A program made the position numbers and the translations under genes. A stretch of 13,214 nucleotides of DNA from Candidatus Methylomirabilia bacterium (GTDB taxonomy: Bacteria; Methylomirabilota; Methylomirabilia; Rokubacteriales; CSP1-6). The stretch is from assembly GCA_041492755.1 (NCBI GenBank), contig JBGPXN010000123.1:1-13214 (forward strand). The letters run 5' to 3'. The notes beneath the pieces were generated by a model. The model made no database searches. It was not told the DNA's origin and was given only the letters and a program-made list of their open reading frames with translations. Below, one piece after another: positions 7,893-13,214 of this stretch. Position 1 is the first letter of the stretch. Each line of letters starts with the position of its first letter.

Positions 7893-8795
7893 ATGGCGAC
7901 GCTGCGTGTGATGCTGTTCCGCTCGGCCTACAACCTGCCCGTCACGGCAGGCGTCGAACGGCACGTGTTCGCGCGCCACGGCCTTGACCTGGACATCGCC
8001 TACACCCGCGGCTCGCAGATGATGACTGCGGCGCTCCTCGGCGGCGGCGTGGACGTCGGGGTCCTGTCCGCCGACGACGTCGTGTACGAGGTCGAGTCGC
8101 ACCGCGCCGACCTCTTCGCCTTCATGGGGCTCCACCGGGGGATCCTGAGCCTCGTGGCCCGCCCGGGCGTGCGGACTGCGGTTGACCTCCGCGGCGGCCG
8201 CCTGGGCGTGGACGACCCTGTCTCGGGCTTCGCCCTCGTCGCGCACCGGATCCTGCGCGACCTTGGCCTCGGGCAGGACGACTACGAGGCGGTGGCGGCG
8301 GGCGGCCACGAGCCCCGCACGCGGGCGCTGCTCGACGGCAAGATCGACATGGCGCTGCTGACCGCGCCCTTCACCGAGCAGGCCGTCGACCGTGGCTTCA
8401 CGCTCCTCGCGCGCGCGCGCGATCACGTGCCCGCCTACCAGGCCTCCTGCGGCGTGACCACGCGGCGCTGGGCCGCGGCCCACGCGGATGCGCTGGTGGC
8501 GTACGTCCGCGCCTACCGCGAGGCCATCCAGTGGGCGCTCGCCCCGGCCAACCGCGCCGCCGCCATCGCCCATCTCGCGCGCGAGTTCACGCTCGACGAC
8601 GACCTCGCCGCGCGCTCGTACGCCGCCCTCACTCACCCGCGCGACGGCCTCTCCCGGGACGCTGCCATCGACGTCGCCGGCGTGCAGACCGTGCTCGAGC
8701 TGCGCGTCGACGCGGGACTGCTTCCCAGCCCGCCTCCCGACCCTGCCCGGTATTACGACCCCGCCTACCTCGAGCGCGCCGCCGCCACCGGGTAG
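7893..8795 (+). CDS. NMT1/THI5/SsuA-fold (type II periplasmic-binding fold) protein without a signal peptide
   Basis: GAGG RBS, 7 nt after the Mo-subunit stop; 300 aa. FARHGLDLDI, DLRGGRLGVD, ALLDGKIDMALL and LVAYVRAYREAIQW match SsuA/THI5-type binding proteins. An in-frame TGA at 7863-7865 rules out an upstream signal peptide. Confidence 0.85.
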   Translation: MATLRVMLFRSAYNLPVTAGVERHVFARHGLDLDIAYTRGSQMMTAALLGGGVDVGVLSADDVVYEVESHRADLFAFMGLHRGILSLVARPGVRTAVDLRGGRLGVDDPVSGFALVAHRILRDLGLGQDDYEAVAAGGHEPRTRALLDGKIDMALLTAPFTEQAVDRGFTLLARARDHVPAYQASCGVTTRRWAAAHADALVAYVRAYREAIQWALAPANRAAAIAHLAREFTLDDDLAARSYAALTHPRDGLSRDAAIDVAGVQTVLELRVDAGLLPSPPPDPARYYDPAYLERAAATG

Positions 8796-8800
8796 CTCCC

Positions 8801-8866
8801 CGCATTCGTCCCACGATGCGAGCGCTCGTCCTCCGGCGAGAGCGCGTTCAGCACCTGCGTCTTTTA
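8801..8866 (+). terminator. Possible terminator or stem-loops after the rightward operon
   Basis: Two adjacent hairpins right after the TAG: CGCAT(T)CGT-ccc-ACGATGCG (8801-8820) and an imperfect GCGCTCGTC-ctcc-GGCGAGAGCGC. The T-run (CTTTT, ~8861-8865) is displaced from the stems, so this is not a canonical intrinsic terminator. Confidence 0.3.
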
Positions 8867-9015
8867 GTCGCGTCGTGTTCTGAAGGCGCTAGTGCTCTCT
8901 GACCAAGTGAGTAACATGGCGAAAGCGTGGTCGTGACTGAAACACGGGTTCGCTCAACCGACCGGAACCCCGGCGATCCAAAACCGCCAGCCGCTGAGTA
9001 ATTGGTCGTCTACGC

Positions 9016-9693
9016 GGCCCCGGCCAGCTCGACCTCATCGAGGACGTCGTCCAGGACGCCCTCGTCAAGGCCCTCGAGCAGTGGCCGTACTCGGGCGTGC
9101 CCCGGCGGCCGGCCGCGTGGCTGGTGCAGACGGCCAAGCACCGGGCGATCGACCTTCTCCGGCGCCAGGCCGTCTTCACGAGCAAGGCCGAGCACATGCT
9201 GCGTGACTGGGAGGCGACGGAGCCCGGCACGAACGGCGAGATCGTACCCGCCGCGCTCAGTGACGACGTGCTGAGCATGATGCTCATGTGCTGCCACCCC
9301 GCGATCCCGCGCGAAGGCCGGGTGGCGCTCGCCCTCAGAGCCGTCGCCGGTTTCAGCGTCGGCGAGATCGCCCGGGCGTTCCTGGTCGAGGAACCGACGA
9401 TCGCGCAGCGCCTCGTCCGCGCCAAGCGCCAGATCCGCGACCATGGCATCGAGTTCGCGCTGCCTCCCCCGCCCGAACTTCCGCCGCGCCTGGACTCGGT
9501 GCTCGAGGTGCTCTACCTCTGGTTCAACGAAGGCTACCTGGCTCGCGAGGGTGCAGATCTCGTTCGCCGCGAGCTGTGCGAAGAGGCGATGCGTCTGGCC
9601 GCGCTCCTCACGCAGCGCCCGCGGACGGACCTCCCGAAGGCCCACGCCCTGCTCGCGCTCATGCTGTTCCAGGCCGCGCGCTTTCCCGCACGC
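9016..9693 (+). pseudogene. ECF RNA polymerase sigma factor fragment, ECF42-type (DUF6596/TPR-extension family), truncated at both ends
   Basis: Frame 1 reads GPGQLDLIEDVVQDALVKALEQWPYSGVPRRPAAWLVQTAKHRAIDLLRR..DDVLSMMLMCCHPAI..RVALALRAVAGFSVGEIARAFLVEEPTIAQRLVRAK..LEVLYLWFNEGY..ALLALMLFQAARFPAR, the hallmark motifs of this group. There is an in-frame TGA at 8995-8997 and no start before region 2. After RFPAR the frame runs into antisense DUF899 sequence (stop at 9822). Confidence 0.88.
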
Positions 9694-10072
9694 TGCCCTG
9701 GGCAGACACCATTCGGAAGGTCCATCCTCTGCTCGCGGCGAACTTCGCCTGTTCCTCGGGAGGATCGGGCGAGACCACGACAAAGGCGGCGCGATCCTCC
9801 AAGTGCCTGGCCAGGCCGTTGAACCCGTCCGCCCACATCGTGCAGTAGGGACAAGCTCTGCCCATGTTGTGAATCGCGATGAGCTCGTCTTTGTCGCCGA
9901 AGAGCGACGAGAGCGTCACCGTGTCTCCCCTGGCGCTCACGAACGTGTAGTCCTCGACGTCGAGCGCCGGGAGACGCCGGCGGAGGCTGGCCAGCCTCTC
10001 CTTTCCTTTCTTGACCTGCTGTTCGCTCCTCGAGATCTCACGCTCGACGTCCACTCGCTTCCTCGTCTTCAT
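9659..10072 (-). pseudogene. DUF899 family thioredoxin-like protein, 3'-truncated
   Basis: The ATG at 10072 overlaps the SDR stop (ATGA). LRRRLP..VEDYTF..VTLSSLFGDKDELI..HNMGRACPYCTMWADG..AFVVVS..FAASRGWTFRMVS is typical DUF899 with a CxxC. Homology stops at SAQGS (~9692); the last 10 codons are antisense sigma-factor DNA. Only 137 codons remain, without the usual C-terminal part. Confidence 0.82.
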
Positions 10073-10317
10073 CGGTCCAGAACCTGACCGCACGACGCGT
10101 TGACGATGGTCCCGTGAGTGTACTGGCGCGGTTCGAGGCCAGGAAGGCGATGATTTCGGCGGTCTCGGGCACGGTCGGCGTGCGCTTGAGCAAGGTCTTT
10201 CCCGCTGCGGCTTGCAGCCAGATCGACGCTCCCTCCCGAGCGAATATCCGAGCGACCTGGCTCCCGATCTTGCCCTGCGGCGCCAAACACGACGGCCGTC
10301 TTGTTCTCCAAGACCAT
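10069..10317 (-). pseudogene. Short-chain dehydrogenase/reductase (SDR) remnant with a large internal deletion and two frameshifts
   Basis: SD GGGGAGG before the ATG at 10317. Reconstruction: MVLENKTAVVFGAAG / (+1 G at ~10273-10275) KIGSQVARIFAREGASIWL | QAAAGKTLLKRTPTVPETAEIIAFLASNRASTLTG / (-1 at ~10111-10113) TIVNASCGQVLDR*. The N-terminal GxxGxIG Rossmann motif is joined directly to the SDR C-terminal motif, and the catalytic YxxxK core is missing. Confidence 0.85.
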
Positions 10318-10353
10318 GCCCTGCCTCCCCTCGTGTTTCACGGTCACCATATG

Positions 10354-10380
10354 GACGAACGAGGAGGGCTCGGATCGACA
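10354..10380 (-). promoter_or_regulatory. ECF42-type sigma factor promoter upstream of SDR-DUF899
   Basis: The - strand reads TGTCGA-tccgagccctcctcgtt(17 nt)-CGTC. This matches the ECF42 target consensus as I recall it (-35 TGTCGA, -10 CG[A/T]C). It lies 36 nt upstream of the SDR ATG and in the same island as an ECF42-type sigma remnant. Confidence 0.7.
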
Positions 10381-10534
10381 AGGCAGGGCCGCCAAGTTCC
10401 AGGCGTCGACTCGTACACGGGCTGGTCCACCAGTGAGCGCGTGCTCCCGGTCAGTACCGCCGTGATATAGAGTAGCGGCCACACCCCGACGAGCGACCCC
10501 GCCGCCGCGCGCAGGCGGCGCTCAGGAGGAAGGC

Positions 10535-11773
10535 ATGCCGCGCACGCTGCCGTCCCTTGGAGGAGCCATGACCATGCAATGGATCGCACGACTGCTTCTG
10601 ATGTCGGCGGTGATGCTCGGCCTTCACCTGACGGCCTTCGGTCAGGCCGCGAAACCGCCGATCAAGATCGGATTGCTCCTGCCCTACACCGGCGTCATCG
10701 CCGTCAACGGTCAGGAAACCAGCAAGGGCGTCGAGTTCTATCTTTCGAAGATCGGGAGCAAAGCCGGCGGGCGCGAGATCCAGCTCATCAAGGAGGACGA
10801 CGAGGCCAAGCCCGACGTGGGTCTGACCAAGACGCGCAAGCTGGTCGAGCGCGACAAGGTCGACATGCTGATTGGCCCGGTTCACAGCGGCGTGGCCCTC
10901 GCCATCCGCGACTACGTGAACGAGCAGGGCATCCCGCTGATCATCCCGGTGGCGTTCACCCGCGACATCACCGCGCCCGGCAAGGCGAGTCCGTGGATCT
11001 TCCGCGTCGTCGAGACCACCGACCAGGGAAACTATCCCATGGGGACCTGGATCGCGAAGAAGACCCCGCACCGGAAAGTGGTCGTCATGGCCTCGGACTT
11101 CGTGGCCGGACGGCATTCGGTGGAAGCCTTCATCGCGGCCTTCCGCGCCGCGGGCGGGCAGATCGTGAAGGAGATCTACGCGCCGCTCAACACCGCGGAC
11201 TTCGCTCCGTTCATGGCCCAGGTGGCCGGGCTCGGCGCGGACGCGGTCTACGCCTGGTTCGCCGGGGCGGACTCGATCCGGTTCGTGAAGGCATACCGGG
11301 AATACGGGCTCGCCGGCAAGCTTCCGCTCTTCGCGTACAACACGCTGGTCGACGACGTGCTGCTGCCGACGCTCGGCGATGCCGCGCTCGGGATCGTGAG
11401 CATCGGCCACTACAGCGCCGCCCTGGACACGCCGGAGAGCCGGGCCTTCGTGCGGGACTACGAGGCTCGGTACAACGCCTGGCCCACCCGCTACGTCGAG
11501 CTGGGCTACGTGTCGGGGCAGCTCGTCGGCGCGGCCGTCGAGGCGCTGAAGGGCGAGATCGGCGACCGGGCGAAGTTCCGCGACGCGATCCGGAGTGCGG
11601 CGACGCAGATCAAGCCCCCGCGCGGCCCGATCCAGTTCGACCGGTACCAGCAGGTCATCACGGACGTGTACATCATGAGGGTGGAGCGGCGGGACAACCG
11701 GCTCATCAACGCCATCATCGATCGGATCCCCAAGACGTCCCAGGAGGAGAACTGGAAGTGGTGGAACAAGTGA
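10535..11773 (+). CDS. ABC transporter substrate-binding protein, LivJ/type I periplasmic-binding family (branched-chain amino acid/aromatic acid-like)
   Basis: Motifs PIKIGLLLPYTG, GGREIQLIKEDDEAKPDVG, LVERDKVDMLIGPVHSGVALA, PWIFRV, PLNTADFAPF and PRGPIQFD; signal peptide ends AFG-Q. Two plausible starts each have a strong SD: 10535 (AGGAGG) and 10574 (GGAGGAG, giving a normal-length signal peptide). Confidence 0.92.
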   Translation: MPRTLPSLGGAMTMQWIARLLLMSAVMLGLHLTAFGQAAKPPIKIGLLLPYTGVIAVNGQETSKGVEFYLSKIGSKAGGREIQLIKEDDEAKPDVGLTKTRKLVERDKVDMLIGPVHSGVALAIRDYVNEQGIPLIIPVAFTRDITAPGKASPWIFRVVETTDQGNYPMGTWIAKKTPHRKVVVMASDFVAGRHSVEAFIAAFRAAGGQIVKEIYAPLNTADFAPFMAQVAGLGADAVYAWFAGADSIRFVKAYREYGLAGKLPLFAYNTLVDDVLLPTLGDAALGIVSIGHYSAALDTPESRAFVRDYEARYNAWPTRYVELGYVSGQLVGAAVEALKGEIGDRAKFRDAIRSAATQIKPPRGPIQFDRYQQVITDVYIMRVERRDNRLINAIIDRIPKTSQEENWKWWNK

Positions 11774-11898
11774 GCTCGCAACGCAGCCCTTCGGGCTGCG
11801 CACGGGACGAGGGGGGCCCACTCCGCCAGCCCCACGGGGCTCTGCCCTGCGCCACCCGCCCGGCCTCCCGCTCGTCGCTCATGAATAATCCAGACTAG
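11774..11898. repeat. Structured intergenic element between convergent genes (possible REP/MITE-like relic and/or bidirectional terminator)
   Basis: A perfect 8-bp hairpin CGCAGCCC-ttc-GGGCTGCG (11782-11800). An imperfect outer stem GACGAGGGGGGCC (11806-11818) / GGCCTCCCGCTCGTC (11862-11876) encloses AGCCCC-ac-GGGGCT (11828-11841). It ends in an AT-rich ATGAATAATCCAGA-CTAG. Only one copy is in the window, so repeat status is inferred. Confidence 0.4.
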
Positions 11899-13214
11899 TC
11901 CTCCTGAAGCAGGTGGTCGCGCTGGGTCGTCCCCGTGTAGTCCTGGCGGTAGCGCCCCCGTCGTTGCAGCTCCGGCACCACGAGATCGACGAACTCCTCG
12001 ATGGCGCCCGGCGTGTAGATCGGCGAAAGCATGAACCCGTCGCCGCCCACCTCGTCGAAGTAGGCTTCCATCTGGTCGGCGATCTGCGCAGGCGTGCCGA
12101 CCATCTGGGGCAGGCCGACGCTTTGCCCGTGGCGTTGCGCCACTTCGCGTACCGTCAGCAGCTCGCCCGTCATGGTGCGATACCGCGTCTGCATCCGCTG
12201 CAATTGTGGCTCGGTCCGCAAGGCCATCAGCTCGTCGAGCGACAGGCGCGACAGATCGAAGTCGAGGTGCCCGGAGAGGATCGCCAGGCCGCCCTCGAGC
12301 GGCACCAGGCTGTTGTGCAGCTCCTGCTTCTCGCGGGCCTCTTCCGCCGTCGCGCCGATGATCGGCTGCATGCCGAACAGGATCTTGCACGCCTCGGCCC
12401 TGCGTCCCTCCCTCACGGTCCCGCTCTTGACGTCGTCGTAGTACGCCTTGGCGCCCGCGATGTTCGGCTGGATCGCGAAGATCGCGTCGGCGTACCGCGT
12501 CGCGAACGACCGGCCTTTCGGCGAGCTCCCCGCCTGTAAGATCGCCGGGCCGTTCTGCGGCGAGCGCACGACGTTCAGCGGCCCGCGCGACTTGAAGAAC
12601 CGGCCCACGTGCTCGATCCGGTGCACCTTGGCCGGATCCGCGAAGACGCCTGCTTTCCGGTCCATCACGACGGCGTCCGCCTCCCAGCTATCCCAGAGCT
12701 TGCGGCAGACCTCGATGAACTCGTGGGCGCGCTCGTAGCGCTGGTCGGCCGGCAGGAGCGCTTCGCCGTAGTTCGCGGACTGGTTGTGGTTCAGCGACGT
12801 GACCACGTTCCAGGCAGCGCGCCCGCGCGTCAGATGATCGAGGGTGGCCCACAGGCGCGCGGCGTAGAACGGGTGGGAATGGCTGATGGAGAACGTCGCG
12901 CCAAGCCCGATGCGCGAGGTGGCCGCGCCCATCCACGACAGCAGCGGGATGGGGTCATGCTCCGGGGCCTGGGTCGCGTGGCGGATAGCGGGGTCCATCG
13001 CCCCTCGATACGTGTCCGAGATGTAGTTCAGGTCGGCGAAGAAGACCATGTCGAACTTGCCGCGCTCGCAGACCCGGGCGATGTGCTGATAGAGCTCCGG
13101 GCGCGTCCAGTCGTAGTTCGCCTCGGCGGTGCGTGGATGCCGCCACATGGCGAGGCTGTGATAGGTCGGCCCATGCACGAGGAATTGCGCCAGGTGCATT
13201 TTTCTCTTTCGCAC
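11895..13214 (-). CDS. LLM-class FMNH2-dependent monooxygenase, NtaA/DmoA/SnaA/DszA family
   Basis: 439 aa. Motifs: KMHL, WRHP, ERGKFDMVFFAD, IGLGAT, PFYAAR..TLDHLTRGRAAWNVVTS, RYERAHEF..KLWDSWE, RSPQ.GPAILQAGSS..GR.FA..YADAIF, DGFML, FVDLVVPELQRRG..Y.GTT.RD.L. The GTG start is the last codon of the window (alternative ATG at 13199), so the true start cannot be confirmed. Confidence 0.95.
   Translation of the reverse strand: MRKRKMHLAQFLVHGPTYHSLAMWRHPRTAEANYDWTRPELYQHIARVCERGKFDMVFFADLNYISDTYRGAMDPAIRHATQAPEHDPIPLLSWMGAATSRIGLGATFSISHSHPFYAARLWATLDHLTRGRAAWNVVTSLNHNQSANYGEALLPADQRYERAHEFIEVCRKLWDSWEADAVVMDRKAGVFADPAKVHRIEHVGRFFKSRGPLNVVRSPQNGPAILQAGSSPKGRSFATRYADAIFAIQPNIAGAKAYYDDVKSGTVREGRRAEACKILFGMQPIIGATAEEAREKQELHNSLVPLEGGLAILSGHLDFDLSRLSLDELMALRTEPQLQRMQTRYRTMTGELLTVREVAQRHGQSVGLPQMVGTPAQIADQMEAYFDEVGGDGFMLSPIYTPGAIEEFVDLVVPELQRRGRYRQDYTGTTQRDHLLQED

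Noticed and set aside
9097..9822. Intact 241-aa sigma factor starting at GTG 9097
   Set aside because: Homology extends upstream of this GTG without a start codon, and the last 42 codons are antisense DUF899 sequence. It is a fragment, not a gene.
10073..10482. ORF-track extensions 9659-10381, 10038-10286 and 10069-10482 as real proteins
   Set aside because: They are different frames through the frameshifted SDR remnant and its promoter region.
1..13214. tRNA, rRNA, CRISPR array, transposase, integrase or defence genes
   Set aside because: I found no cloverleaf or T-loop motifs, no regularly spaced direct repeats and no recombinase or nuclease motifs by eye. Intergenic gaps are too short for an array.

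Overview
High-GC bacterial DNA, rich in transporter and catabolic genes. The style resembles a soil uptake specialist such as Rokubacteria/Methylomirabilota, but that is an impression only. Two operons diverge from an ~85-115 bp gap at ~2793-2900. The leftward operon encodes a CADD/PqqC-like heme-oxygenase-fold (HDO) protein with a non-canonical metal-ligand set, a 45-aa small ORF with a strong RBS, a family-5 (Dpp/Opp/Nik) solute-binding protein and the start of its permease. The rightward operon encodes a NitT/TauT-type ABC importer (ATPase, permease, NMT1/THI5-like binding protein), a lone xanthine-dehydrogenase-family Mo large subunit (YRAPGR loop) and a THI5/SsuA-fold protein with no signal peptide. 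About 8.8-10.45 kb is a decaying island. It holds an ECF42-type sigma factor cut at both ends and fused tail-to-tail to a truncated DUF899 gene, an SDR with an internal deletion and two frameshifts, and an intact ECF42-type promoter (TGTCGA-N17-CGTC). The window ends with an orphan LivJ-type binding protein, a structured ~120-bp intergenic element and a convergent NtaA/DszA-family flavin monooxygenase. I saw no rRNA, tRNA, CRISPR array or transposase. All family calls come from motif recognition by eye, and comparisons to reference proteins are from memory; no searches were run.
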